Assembly (NCBI GenBank): GCA_014905635.1
Contig: JABVCE010000002.1
Span: 1,984,001 to 2,048,000, forward strand
Length of the DNA stretch: 64,000 nucleotides
Direction: 5' to 3'
Origin: Scenedesmus sp. PABB004
Taxonomy: Eukaryota
The position numbers were made by a program, and so were the translations under genes. The notes under the pieces were generated by a model, which was given only the letters and a program-made list of their open reading frames with translations, ran no database searches and was not told the origin of the DNA. Positions 24,956 to 40,255 of the stretch are shown here, piece after piece; within the stretch, counting starts at the first letter, position 1, and each line of letters begins with the position of its first letter.

Positions 24956-27385
24956 ATGGCCGAGGAGCGCGAGGAGAAGGAGCTGGACCTGAGCGTGAGC
25001 TGGCGTGCCGTGTCGCGCCGCGAATGGCCGCCCGCCGGCGCCGCGCCGGCGGCATCCGCCTGTGCTGCTGCTCCCCCGCGCCGCACGGCCGCCGGCGGCC
25101 ACCGTCTGATGGCCCACCCGCCCCCGCAGGACGACAAGGTCGTGACTAAGTACAAGGCGGCCGCGGAGATCTGCAACAGTGAGCGCCGGGCCCGATCAAT
25201 CGCGCCGCGCCGCCCCCGCGCGCGGGCAGGGCGGGCCGCGCGGCGCGGGGCCCACCACGGCCGCCGCGACGATCTGGGCAGGCGCACGCGGCCGCGAGCG
25301 CGCCGCGCCCGCGGCCGGCGGCGTGCCAAGGGGCTCGGCACGCCTGCTGCCGCAGAGGCCATCGCGGCCGTCATCGAGGCCGTGGCGGACGGCGCCAAGG
25401 TGGTCGACCTGTGCAAGATCGGCGACGACGTCATCGCCAAGTGCGCGCCCGCGCGGGCGCGGCGGCGGCGCCGCGCTGCGGCGGCCGCCGCCGCTGCTGC
25501 GCGCGGCGCGCGGCGCCAGGGCGGCCGCGGCGGCCGCCGACGCCGCCCCGCGGCGCGCCCGCAGGGAGTGCGCCAACATCTTCAAGGGCAAGCAGATCGA
25601 GAAGGGCAGTGCCTTCCCCACCTGCGTGTCGCCCAACAGGTCGGCCGCGCGCCGCGCCGGTGTCTGCCGCGGCCGCGTCCGTGGGCGGCGCGCCGCGCGG
25701 GGGGCGCGCCGGCCGACGCGCGCCGCCGCCGCCGCCGCCGCCCGCCGCTGCAGCATCGTGGGCCACTTTTCGCCCGCGGCGGACAACACGGTGACGCTCA
25801 AGGACGGCGACCTTGTCAAGATGTGAGCCGGGCGCGCCGGCACACACACGGGGCCGCGTGCTCGGCAGCGACAGCGCGGCCGCGTGCGCGGCAGCGACAG
25901 CCCGGCCGCGTGCGCGGCAGCGACAGCGCCGCACGCGAATGGAGCGCGGCGGCAGCACGAGGCGGCAGCGCGCGCCGGCCGCGTGCGGCGGCCGCCGACC
26001 GCCGCCGCGCCGCTGCCCGCCGACTGCCCGCCGCCCGCCGCGCCGTGCCGCAGCGACCTGGGGTGCCACATCGACGGCTTCATCGCCACGCAGGCCACCA
26101 CGGTGCTGGTCGGCGCAGGGGCGGAGGGGCCCATCACCGGCAAGGCCGCCGACCTGGTCGAGGCGGCGCGCACCGCGTTCAACGCCGCCCTGCGCCTCAT
26201 CAAGCCGGGTGCGCGCCGGGCCCGGCACGCCGCACCGCGCAACCTTCGCGGCCGCGCCGGCCACGTGCATAACCACGCCGCCGCCGCCGCCGCCGACGCC
26301 GCCGCGTCCGCCCGCGCGCCGCGCGCAGGCAAGCGCGTCGCGGACGTCGCGCCCAAGCTCGCGGCGTGCGTGGAGCCATTTGGCGTGACGCTCGTCGAGG
26401 GCGTGATGAGCCACCAGATGAAGCAGTTTGTTATCGACGGCAACAAGGTCGTGCTCAACCGCCCCAGCCCCGAGGCCAAGGCTGAGGACCACGAGTTTGA
26501 GCCCAACGAGGTCTACGCCATCGACATCGTCGTCTCCACCGGTGAGCGGCGGCGCGGGCAGGGACGGGGCGGCGCGCAGGGACAGGACAGCGAGGAGGGG
26601 CGGCGAGGGAGAGGGACAGCAGGGAGGGGCGGCGGGAGAGAGGGACGGCACGCGGCGGCGGGGCGGCGGCAGCAGCCCTGCCGGGCGGCCGCCGGCGCGC
26701 CGCGCCTCCCCCGCCCCGGCCGCGCGCCGCGCCGCCGCCGCTGCCCACCCCACCGCCGCCGCCGCCGCCGCGTCGCGCGCCCGCAGGCGAGGGCAAGCCG
26801 CGCATGCTGGACGAGCGCGAGACGACGGTCTACAAGCGCGCGCTGGACGTGGAGTACAAGCTCAAGCTCAAGGCCGGCCGCGCGGTGCTGAGCGAGATCA
26901 GCAGGAAGGCGCCCGCGCTGCCCTTCACCGTGCGGTGCGTGGGCGTGGGCGCGCGGCGCGGCGCGCGGCGCGGGCGGCGGGCGCTGCGCACGTGGGAGGG
27001 GGAGGGGCAACACGTCGCACGCGGGGAGGCGCGGCGGCGGGCTGGCTGGGACGCGAGTGCGCGCGTGCGCCGACACCGGCCCGCGCCGCCTCACCCACGC
27101 CTCGCCCGCGCGCCGCAGCGCGCTGACCGAGGCGGGCGCGGGCGAGGAGAAGCAGGACCTGAAGGAGGGCATGCTGCGGCTGGGGCTCGTGGAGTGCCTG
27201 AACCACGGCCTGCTGCACCCGTACCCCGTGCTGCACGAAAAGCAGGGCGAGCTCGTCGCGCAGGCGCGGCCCGTGCGGCGCCGCAGCGGCGGCGGCGGCG
27301 GCAGCGGCGGCAGCGCCGCCCGCCCGCGCGCCCGGCCGGGCTCTCGCCGCCGACCGCGCCGCCGACTGGGCCGCCGCCGCCGCTG

Positions 27386-27431
<46 letters not shown>

Positions 27432-27636
27432 TGCCGCGGCCGCGGCCGCGCAGATCAAGGGCACGGTGCTGCTGATGCCCAACGGCAGCGACAAGGTCAC
27501 GTCCGCGCCGGAGCAGCGCGTGGAGACGGACAAGAAGGTGGAGGACCCGGAGCTGCTGCAGCTGCTGGCGAGCAGCCTCAAGCCGCGCAAGAGCAGCAAG
27601 AAGAAGTCGGCCGGCGGCGCCAAGGCCGACGCGTGA
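24956..27636 (+). CDS. EBP1: EBP1 / proliferation-associated 2G4 (MetAP2-fold ribosome-associated protein), ~10 exons
   Basis: ELDLS | DDKVVTKYKAAAEICN, IEKGSAFPTCVSPN, DLGCHIDGFIA, VEGVMSHQMKQFVIDGNKVVL, YAIDIVVSTG, LGLVECLNHGLLHPYPVLHEK, IKGTVLLMPNGSDK; Lys-rich end. Confidence 0.95.
25852..25930. repeat. Three ~26-bp tandem copies in an EBP1 intron
   Basis: ggccgcgtgc(t/g)cggcagcgacagc repeated at ~25852, ~25878, ~25904. Confidence 0.75.
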
Positions 27637-28246
27637 GCGGCGCCGCGCACGACCGGACCGCGGCGGCGCAGGGGCGCCGCCTCCTTTTTTTGGGCCGCGC
27701 GGCGGCGGCGGGCGGGCGTCGGCGGCGCATATGGGCGGGGCGGGCGGGAGGCGGCGGGCTCTCGGGCGGCGGCACTGCAGCGCGCGGGCCATCGCGCGGC
27801 GGCGGCGGCGGCGGCGGCGTGTGATCGCGCTGCGCGCATGAAACTGCCGCCTCGCGCGTGGCTGCCCGCCACGCCGGCAGGCTGGCGGCGGCGCGCCGGC
27901 GCGCGGCGCAGCAGCAGCGGCGCGGTGACGCTGCGCCGCCCAGCCGCGTCGATCGGAGCGCTGATCGATCATAGAGGTGCCCAGAACACGCGGCAGGGCC
28001 CAGCGCACGCGCTGCGCTGAACGGCCGAGGCCCGGGTTCTCACGCTGACCCCGGTGGGGCCGGCACCGACCCCGGCCGTCACGCCGCCAGTCGAGAGGCC
28101 AGCAAAACACACACAACTCCGCGGGCGGTCAGCCGCGAACGCGCCCCAGGAGCGAGCGACAGCAGCATCCCCGCGCGCTCTCCCGCGGCGCCGCGCCCAG
28201 GGCGCGCGCGCCGGCGCGGCGCGGTGTCTGTGCGGCTGGGACCGCC

Positions 28247-30979
28247 ATGGACCCGCGGCCACAGCGGCCAGGGCGCCGGCGCGGCGGAACAGCGCCCTGG
28301 GTGCTCGCGGCCATCGCCCTGTCCGGCCTGCTGGCGTACGCGATGATCATCCCGTACTTCATGATCACCAACATCAACTCCGGCTCGGCGGGCACCGCCA
28401 CGGCGCGCGTGCGGGCCAGGCTCGGGCAGGCGCGCGTGCGGCGGGCGCTGCTGGACTCGCGCCGCGCGCCGCCGAGGCGGGAGGCCCCGCGGGAGGAGCC
28501 GATGACCTGGAGCAAGCTCTGGGGCAGCGAGCTGGAGCAAGGCGAGCGCCGGCACCGCGCGCGCAGCAGCAGCGCCGCCGGCGCCGCGGCTGCCGCAGCG
28601 CACCGCACGCCGCCGCCGCAGCGCGGCCCTGCTCCTCGTCTCAGCCCTCCCCACCCCCCTCCGCCCCTGGCTCCCGCAGAGCTGCGCAGCTTCCAGCAGC
28701 TGAAGCACACGGTTGACCAGCTCAGGTACCAGCGCCTCACAAAGGTGCGCCGTCGCGCAGCGCGCGCGCAGCCGGGTTTGGGGCGCGCCGCCGCCGCGCG
28801 CACGCACGCACGCACGGCAGCAGCGACGCGCTGCCGCCGCGCGCGCGCCGAGGCCGCGCGCCGCCGCCCCGCGCGCTGCCGCGCGCCCCCAGGACGTCGA
28901 GGACCAGCGCACCGCGGGGCTGGACCTGCTGGCGCTCGATTCGCTGCAGCAGCTCAGCAAGTATGGCAAGCTCAACGCCACGCAGGTGCGGGGCGTGCTG
29001 GCGCCGCCACACGCCGTGTGGCGGGCGCGCCGCTCGGCGGTGCCGCGCGGCAGCAGCAGGCGGCCGGCGCGGCGGCGCCGCCGCGCTGAACGCTCGCGCC
29101 CCGCGCGTCTGCCGCTCCGCCACCCCGCGGCCGCAGGCCTGGATCGAGCGCGAGGTGCGGGCGGCGGTGTTCAAGGAGCTGGACCGCCTGCAGCGCCCCG
29201 CCGACTGCCGCGCCGCGCGCAAGCTCGTCTGCGACCTCGGCAAGGGCTGCGGCTTTGGCTGCCAGCTGCACCACGTGGTGCACTGCTTCGCGCACGCGGT
29301 GTCGCTCGGGCGCACCATGGTGCTCAAGGTGCGCCCCCGCCGTCCCCCGCCCCCGCCCCTGCCCCCGCCGCGCGCGCCGCGCCGCGGCGGCAGCCTCGGA
29401 CGCGCGCACGCCGCGCCGCCGCGCGCACGCACACGCGCACGCGCCCGCGCCCGCCCACACGTGCACGCGCGCAGACGTACCCCTCAAACTACATCAAGAC
29501 GCCGAGCGGCTGGGAGGACGTGCTCGCCCCCGTCAGCACCTGCACCATGGCCGACACGACCAACCCCGGCCGCCCCGCGCTCGGGCGCGGGCCCGACGCC
29601 TGGCACGACGCGTCGGCCGAGGTGTTCAGCAGCATCATCGACGACGGCGCCGACGCGCTCGACCCGCCGGGCATGCCGCAGGACCTCATGGACGTGCTCG
29701 CGCTCTTCCACTCGCGCCCGGAGATCTGGTGCGCGCGCTGCTACGCACGCCGCGCGCGCCGCCGCGCGCGCGCCGCCGCCGCGCCATCGCCGCCGGCCCG
29801 CCGCCGACCACCCGCCGCCGCCCCGCCGCCGACCACCCGCCGCCGCCCCGCCGCGCGCCGCGACCAGGTGGGTGGGCGCGCTGACCAGCTACCTCACGCG
29901 CCCCTCGCCAGGGTCGATCAAGCGGCAGGCCGAGTTCCGCGACGCCGAGGGCTGGGGCGCGCCGATCGTCGGCGTGCACGTGCGCCGCACCGACAAGCTC
30001 CAGGCCGAGGCCAAGCTGCACCAGGCGGAGGAGTACATGCGGCACGTGGAGCACTACTGCGACCTCCAGCTGCCGAGCGGCTGGCAGCTCGCGGCGAAGC
30101 AGGCGGCCGAGGCGGCGGGCGCGGGCGCCGGCGCGGGCCCGGGCGCGGGCGCGGGCGCGGGCGGCGGCGCGCTGGCGCGCCGGCGCCGCACGAGCGGGTG
30201 CGCCGTGTACCTCGCCTCGGACGACCAGGCGGTGGCGGAGGAGATAAAGAGCAAGTACAAGCACATCCACATCATCACCAACGAGCTCGGCCTGCGCTCG
30301 GGTGCGCGCGCGCCCTGCCGCCGCCGCCGCCGCCGCCCGACCGCGCCCCCGCCGCGCGCGCGCGCGCCCGCGGCCGACCGCTCGACTGCTCGCGCCCACC
30401 CGACCGCTCACCGCCCGCCGCCCGCGGCCGCGGCCGGCGTGCGCAGGCTCGACGTCGCAGCGCTTCTCGACCGACGGCCTCGTGGGCGTGTACGACGACA
30501 TCGTCCACCTCGCCGCGTGCGACGTGCTCGTCGGCACGTTCAGCAGCCAGGTCAGCCGCGCCGCGTACGAGGTCTCCCAGATCAACACGACCGCGGCCAC
30601 GCCCGACCGCTCGTTCGCGTACCACAGCGTCGACAGCATGTGGTACTTTGGCGGGCAGCTGCCGTACAGCATGTGCGTGGCGCGCGACTACACCGACATG
30701 GGGTCGCAGAGCGTCGCCGCGGGGACGCGGCTCACGTGCCCCATCATCCACGAGTTTGACGACTGGGGCCGCATGCGGTGCAAGCTCGCAGACACCAACA
30801 CCGCCGTCGCGCTGCCGCCGGGCGTCGTCGACCGCTGCGTCGCCGGCGCCGGCAACGCGATGCGCGACGTCCTGCCCGCGCACATGCGCCGGCCGCCGCC
30901 GGCGCCGGCGGCCGGGGCCAAGCCCGCCACAGACGAGGCCAAGCCGGCGGCCGGCGGCGGCGCGGTCGCGACGGCGTGA
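28247..30979 (+). CDS. FUT8-like alpha-1,6-fucosyltransferase (GT23), type II membrane protein, ~7 exons
   Basis: N-terminal TM (WVLAAIALSGLLAYAMIIPYF); LQRPADCRAARKLVCDLGKGCGFGCQLHHVVHC, GRTMVL, PIVGVHVRRTDKLQAEA, VYLASDD, DVLVGTFSSQVSRAAYE, SVDSMWYFGGQ, in the same order as animal FUT8 motifs. Confidence 0.88.
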
Positions 30980-31377
30980 GGCGCCGCGGGCGCAGGGGCG
31001 GGCGCGTGGGGACTGCACTGCACTTGGGGCGTCGCAACAGACAGAAGGCAGGAGCTCACCAGGAGCGAGGCTGGCGCACGCACTGTCTCTTGGAGCTTGC
31101 TGCTGGCCGCAGCAGGGCTGGCACATTCGTCAACAGTTTAGTTGGGGTTGAGCGGGGCGCGGCTCTGCCCGCAGCTTGCGTGCAGCGTGTCACGCAGCGC
31201 ACGGCGCGGGTGGGCTCTGTCCTCCTGAGTTGGGCCGGGCCCGCCCCACCGCGGGTGCGGGCGGGCTCGTGAGGCCTCCGCCGCGAGGCGCGGGCGCGAA
31301 CGGGCGCGCAGCAAACAAGCACCCTCGTCTCGCCCGCCGGCCGTTCCAGGGCCGCCAGCTCTCACGCGGCCGCCGGC

Positions 31378-31971
31378 TCACCCCAGCGTCGCGCCGCCCC
31401 GTCTGCCCGGCCGCGCCGCGCTGCCCGGCCGCGCCACCGCACCGCCCGGCCGCGCTGCGCTGCCCGGCCGCGCCGCCGCGCTGCCCGGCCGCGGCGGCGC
31501 GTCCATGGCGAAGCCCGCCATCGACTCGGGCCCGACCAGGTGCAGCGGGCGCGGGCTGCTGCCCGGCGGGCCCAGCAGCAGGATGTGGCCGTCCTCCCAG
31601 AAGGCGGCGTCGATCGCGGCCTGCGCGCGCGGGTCGGGGCCGCCGCCCTCGGCCGCGTCAAACGTGAGACGCTCGGGCAGGTCCAGCTCGAGCGCCAGGA
31701 TGTTCTCGCTCCTGCGCGGCGCGCGCGCGGCGGCGCCACGTGAGGGCGACGCGGCAGTGGGGCCGGCGGGCTGCCCCGCCGGCGCGCGCGCGCCGCCGGC
31801 CAGCCGCGCCGCGCCGCGCCGTGCCTGAAGCGAGGGTTCATGTCGCCCGACAGCGCGGCCGCCTTGGTGAAGCCGCACGTCGGCCACCGCGCGCCCGGCA
31901 CCGCCACGGGGCGCCCGCTGCCGGGCATGAGCCGCGGCGCGCCGCCGGCGCCGCGCCCGCCGCCGCTGCCC

Positions 31972-32014
<43 letters not shown>

Positions 32015-35000
32015 GCCGACGCGCGCCGCGGCCCGAGGCGCTCTCGCCACCGCCGCCGCCGCCGTCGCCGCCGTCGCGCGCGCGGAACGCGGCCGCGGGG
32101 TTGGCGTCGCCGAGGCGCTGCAGCACCCACACCTCGGCCTCGTCGTCCCAGACCGCCCGCTGCAGCACCCGGTCCACCTCCTCCTGCGGCGCAGCTCAGC
32201 GAGCGGCGGGGGCCCGGTGAGCCGCCGCCGGTCGCCGCCGCCGCCGCCGTCGCCGCTGGGCTGGCGCCGCGCCGCGCCGCGCCGCGCCGCGCGCGCCACG
32301 CGCGCGCCTGGGGTATGAACGCTGCGATGACGGCGTCCTTGAGCATCATCTGGTGCCCCAGCAGGCGCAGCGAGTCGAGCAGGTCCTCCTTCTCCGCCTG
32401 CCACTCGCGGTACAGGTCGGCCACCTCCGCGTCAACCTCCTGCGCCGCCGCGGCACGGCGGGCGCGCGTAGGCACGCGCATTTGGCACGCGCCGTGCGCC
32501 AAGCCCAGTGCACGCGGGCTGCCCGCCTGGGCACCCCAGAGGCGACCCCGTCGCCGGTGCGGCGCGGCGCGGCGCGGCGCACCTGGTAGCGCCGCCAGAG
32601 GCGCTTGAGCTTGCGCGTCTTCTCCGCCGCCTCCTCCGCGAGGCTGCTGAAGCGCTGCCCCACCGCGCAGGCCTCCTCCTCAATGCGCGCAATCTCGGCG
32701 CTCGCCGCCGCCTCCTCGGCGCGCCTGGCGCGCGGCCGCGGCGGCGGCAACGTTGGCGCGGCGCGGCGGCGCCGGCCGGCCAGGCAGCCCTGTTGCCAGG
32801 CGGCCCGCGCGAGCGGCTGCCGGGCTCGCCCGCGCGCGCGCGGGCTGCGCGCCGCGCGGCGCGCGCACCGGCGCTCCAGCTCCTGCTCCCGCCGCGTGAG
32901 CTGCTCCTCCTTGCGCCGCGTGACCTCCACCAGCCCGCCGCGCGCCTCGCCCTTGAGGATTTTGCCCTCCATCGCGCGCAGGCGCGCCTGGCGGCGGGGC
33001 GGCAGGGCCGCGCAGGCGCGCGGGCGTCAATGCCGCAGCTTGGGGCGCGAGGCGGTCCCCGAAAAGAGCCCGCCGCGCCAGCGCGCACCGCGAGCTCCTG
33101 TTTCTGCTGCTGCGCCACCTCCGACTCCTCCGCCGCGCGCGCCAGCTTCTGCGCGACCTCCTTCTGCTTGCGCTCGTAGCGCGCCGCGTCCGCCTCGGCC
33201 GCCCGCGCCGCCGCCTCCAGCCGCGCCGCCTCGGCCGACGCCTTGGCCTCCGCGTCGGCCGCCACCTGCCGCGCCGGCGCAGCGGGGCGGCGGCGGCGCT
33301 CGGCACAGGGCCAGCAGGGGGCGGGCGGGCACGCCGCCGCCCGGGCGCTGGGGCCGGCCCACCAACCTGGGCCAGCTGCTCGGGCGTGAGCTCCCTGCCG
33401 CCGCTGTCGGCTGCCAGCTGCGCGTGCAGCTCCGCAGCGATCTCAGCCTTCAGCGCCGCCACCTCCGCCGGGTCCAGCGGCTTGGGCACCTGGCGGCAGT
33501 GCGGCGCGCGTCGTCGGCCGCGCGCCTCGCCCACGAGGCCGCGCGCCGCCAGGGCGCGCCCCGCCGCGCACCTCGACGACCTTCTCCAGGTGCACGTGGC
33601 CCTCCGCGTCCGCCACCAGCGCGCCGCCGCCCTCCGCCGCCTGCGGCGCGTGAGTGCGGCGCGGCGCGGCGCGGCGGCGCGGCGCGGCGCGGCGGCGCGG
33701 CGGCGCGCGTTGGCGCGGCGGCGCGCGTCGGCGCGGCCGCCGCGTCTGCGCACGGCCGCGCGGGCAGGGCGGCTGGCGCGCAGGGCGCGGCGCCGCGGCG
33801 CTCACCGCGAGCGCAGCCTTGAGGCGCTGTATCTCGTGCTGGAACTCGCGCAGCATGGCGTCCTTCGGGTCCTCGTTGACGCGCGGCTTGTTGGTGATGC
33901 TCTTGGCGCTGCGGTGCGGCGATGACCGCGGCGGCGCGGCGCGCGCGCGCGCGCACGCGCGCGTGTGTGTGTGTGTGGGGGGGGGGGGGGAGGGGGGGGA
34001 TCGCTGCGCCGACGGCAAGCATCGAGCTCGCTGCGTGGCGCAGCGCCGGCGAGGCACGCGCCGCACACCGGTTGGCGTAGCGCAGCGTGCTGAGCGTCTC
34101 CTCGTAGTTCCAGTCCGCGGGGCCGACGTTGGCGACCATCACGGTCTTGGTGTTGCCGCCGAGGCTGTCCTGCAGCAGGCGCGTGAGCTTGGAGTCCCTG
34201 CGCGCGCGCGCACGGGGCGGGGCGCCGACGTCGGGCCTCGCGCCCGCACACGCCTACACGCCGCTGACCGCGCCCGTCAGCCTTGCCCCAGGCGCCAGGC
34301 AAGCGCGCCGACGCGCCTGTATGGGATGTGCCCGCTCTTGCCGTCCACGAGCGCGCTGATGACGTTGCCGAGCGCGCTGAGGGAGAGGTTGATCTTGGCC
34401 GCCTCCTTCAGCCGCTCGCCTGTGGGCGCCCGCCGCGGGGCGCGTGTGCGCGCGCGCGAGAGAGAGAGAGAGCCCTGCTGAGCACGCGAGTCCCCGCGGG
34501 CTGCTGCGGCGGCGCAGCACAGCGCGCCGCCCAGCGCCCGCCGGCCGCCCGCGTCCCCCGCACCCGTCGCGCCGGTCTTGCTCTGCCGCTCGCTGCCCGC
34601 GAGGTCCACCAGGTTGAGCTTGCCCACGCGCACGTGCCCGTCCTGCGGCGCGATCGGCACGCGCGTGGGCTCGGGCCGCCGCGGGCCGCCGGGCACCGCG
34701 CGCCGCGCCGCCGCACCGCGGCGGGCCCCTGGCCGACGGTCTCGATCGTGACGCTGAACACGCTGTGCGAGCGCGAGCTGTCCTGGTTCATGAGCGTCGC
34801 GCCGACGGAGCGGTTCTTCTTGCCCACCTTCGGCGCGGCGCGGCGCGGCGCGGCGTGGCGCGGCCGCCCTCCGCGCGATGCCGGCGCCGAGCCACGCGCC
34901 GCCAGCGCTGCGCTGCGCTGCGCTGCCCCCTGCTACGGTCGCCCCCGCCGCGCGCCGTGCCGCCGCGCGCGCCTCGAGCACGTTGCGTATCTCGTCGCCG

Positions 35001-35557
35001 CTCTTGACGACAAAGGCGTTGAGCCCCTTGACGTACACGCCGCGCTCGCGGTGCTCCTTGACCTGGAGCCGCTCGCGCGGCGCGCGGGAGAGCAGGTCGC
35101 GGACCTCCTCGTTGTAAATCTCCAGGAAGCTCGCGCGCACGAGGTACTGCACGTCGGCGCTGCGTTCGATCGCGCCGAAGATGTGGTCAAACGCCTGCGG
35201 GATGATGCCCGGGTCCGACGGGGCGCCCTCCATCGTGTGCGTCTTGCCCGTCCCCGTCTGGCCGTACGCAAACACCGTGCCGTTGTAGCCCTCGAGGCAG
35301 CTCGACACGATGCCCGCCGCGGTCGCGTCGTAGACGTTGCGCTGGCTGGACTCGGCGTCAAAGACGGCGTCAAAGGTGAAGGACTTGGGCGGGTCGGCGT
35401 CGGCGCCGCCGCCCGGCCCGCGCAGCACGACCTGCGCCGCGCGCTTGTCCACGTCGACGATGCGCGCGCGGCCATCGGACGTCTCCCGGCCGTTCAGCGG
35501 CCGGCAGCGCACCACCACGCGCACGCACTCGCCGTCGGCGCGGCCGGCCGGCGCCAT
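31378..35557 (-). CDS. Kinesin-II (kinesin-2) motor subunit, FLA8/KIF3B-like, multi-exon
   Basis: [84 protein letters not shown]; coiled-coil stalk; KIF3B-type tail [23 protein letters not shown]. Confidence 0.92.
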
Positions 35558-36056
35558 CGCTGCGGCCGCTGCTCCCGCCCCCCGCGCGGCTGCCGGCGCG
35601 GCCGGCAGGCGGTGCTGCGCCGGCTGCGAGCGGCACGATGCGGGCTGGGCTGCCTGGCGGGGTTTCCCGGGCCACCGGCGCCGCCAGACGCCGGTGCGCG
35701 GCGCAGCAGCAGCGCGCCGCCTCTTGACCGACTCGCTGGCCCGCCTGAGCGGCGGAGCGCGCCACCGGGCCGCGCCGGCGAGTTGAGCGCCTTGCGTGCG
35801 AGCAGCTGCCGGGCCCCTGCTTCGCGCGGACCGTCCTGCACGCGCCGCGCTCTGCTGCTCCGCCGGCGCGCCTGCGGCTGCCGCCGTCTGCTGCGGCAGG
35901 GGCCTGGCCGGCGCGTGCGGGCGTCTTAGCGGGGGGCTTGGGGGCTGCCAGCGGTGGTCGGGAGCAGTTACGGGCGCTCTGTACAACCGCGCGCGTCGCC
36001 GCCCCGCTGCCGCCTGCAGCGGGCGCGGCCGCCGCCGCCGCCGGGCGCCCCGCAGC

Positions 36057-38298
<2,242 letters not shown>

Positions 38299-38727
38299 CG
38301 CGCCCCCCGAGCCCGCAGGCAGACCGGGGGCGGGCCTGCGGTCTGCGAGGCCCGGCGTGCGGGGCAGCAGGCGCGCTCTGCTGCTGCTGCTCGCTGCTGC
38401 CGCGCGCTGGGGGCTCTCCGCGGGCTGGCCTGGCCGGTGCGGACGGGCTGGTGACTGACGGTGCTGCCGGGGGGCGCCGCGAGGCGCCGCGGCGCGGCGC
38501 GGGCGTAACGACGCTCGAAAACCACGCCGCCGTGCGCGCCCACCACGCCGACCGCCCCACCCACGCCGCTCCCCACTCCGCCGCACGCCGCCCAGCGCCT
38601 TCAGGGACACCACCCGCCCGCGCTCAGCCTGCGGCCGTGCGCGCGTGCGGCGGCAGCCGCCGCCGCCGCCGCTGCGCCGCCGACCGACCGGCCGAGCCGC
38701 TGGCGCGGGGGCCTGCAGCCGGGCCAG

Positions 38728-39907
38728 ATGCCGCAGTTCGTGGCGCTGCAGTGCGCCTCCTGCGCCGCTTTCCAGGTGCAGCAGGACAAGCAGAGCAAGA
38801 AATTTGCGTGCAGCGTGTGCGGCGCGAAGCAGTCGTTCCGGCGAAGTTTCGCAGTCGCGGACCAGGCCAAGGCGCGGCGCGGGCAAAGCCAGCCGCTCGC
38901 GCGTGCGCGTCCGGCGACGGGCCGGGGTCCCCGGCCCGTGCCCCCTGCGCACGCCGCGCCTGCCGCCGCCGCCGCCGCCCGCGCAGGACGCGCGGCTGGT
39001 GGTGCAGCAGCTGAATGCGCTGCGTGCCGCGGCAGACGCCGCCGCGGCGGGGGGCGACGACGCCGGGCTGCGGGCGCTGGAGCAGCAGGCGCTGGAGCAG
39101 CAGCGCGCGGCGGCAGCGACGGGCGTCAAGCGGCCGGCCGCCGGCGTCTGGCGGGGGTTTGTGGACCAGGCGGCCGACGACGACTGCCCGTCGGACGGCG
39201 AAGACGACGGGGGGTTTGCGACGTCCCTGCCAGACCCGCCCGGCGGCGCGGGCAGCCTCGGGCGCGGCAGCAAGCGCCGCAAGGGCCCCGCCGGCGGGCA
39301 GGGGCACCGCGCTGGCGGCGCGCCCGAGCCCCAGCGCGGGCAGGGCGGCGCGGCAGCCCCCAGCGGCCAGGCGGCGCGCGCCGGCGCCGCTTGCAGCTGG
39401 CGCGTCGCCCAGCAGCAGCCGCCCCACGTGCCCGCGGCAGCCGGCCAGCTGCTCTGCGGGCGGCCGCAGCAGCGGCCCGCCCCGCAGGCGCAGGTGCCTG
39501 CGGTGCAGCGACCGGCGCCAGCGCTGCCGCGCCAGCAGCCGGCGAGCCGCCCAGAGCTGTCGCTGCAGCAGGGGCGCCAGCCCTGGCCGGTGGCCCAGCA
39601 GCATCAGCCGCAGCGGCCGCAGCAGCCGCAGCTGCAGCAGCGGCCGCAGCAGCCGCAGCCGCAGCAGCGGCCGGCGGCGGCGCCACGGATGCTGCCGGTG
39701 GCGCCGCAGCCACTGCCGCTGGCACAGCTGCCGGCGGGGTGTGGCCCCTGGGGCGGCTTCATGGAAGACGAGTGCGGCGGCAGCAGCGACGGCAGCGACG
39801 ATGACGGTGGCGGCGTGGACGCGCGCGGCCTGGCGGCTGGCGGCGGCGGCTGGGGCGGCGGCGGGCCGCAGGCGCAGCTCGGCGCTGCTGCTGCGCGTTG
39901 GGCGTGA
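38728..39907 (+). CDS. MRNIP: MRN complex-interacting protein-like (UPF0544 zinc ribbon) with Q/P-rich tail, 2 exons
   Basis: MPQFVALQCASCAAFQVQQDKQSKKFACSVCGAKQS...AK | DARLVVQQLN; GC-AG intron from 38872 to ~38986. Confidence 0.8.
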
Positions 39908-39922
39908 GTGGCCGTGATCATT

Positions 39923-39927
39923 TTACA
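39923..39927 (-). terminator. Possible TGTAA poly(A) signal of an unidentified minus-strand transcript
   Basis: ttaca on the plus strand 16 nt after the MRNIP stop, in an AT-richer patch. Confidence 0.25.
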
Positions 39928-40255
39928 TCGACCTTTCACAGTCAAGACGTGAGCGGCAGCCCGTGGGAGGCTTGTCAGGCACGCGCAGGAGGAGTGGCGC
40001 GGCAGCCGCGGGCAGGCACACGCAAGTGCGACTTGTGTGTTCACGGTGCGGTGCAATGTCGGTGTTGTTGTGTTGTTGTTGTTGTGTGGATGCAGAAACC
40101 TGCAAGCCCGACATGAGTTTCGAGCCCGAAGCCCAAGTTCCCCTCCTCCGCCCTCCCGCGCGAGCAGGCACGCGCAGAGACAGGCCCAGGCCGGGCACGC
40201 GCGGCGGGCGGCGCGCGCTGCACAGCACCGCCACAAGGGCGGCCGCGGCCGCGGC

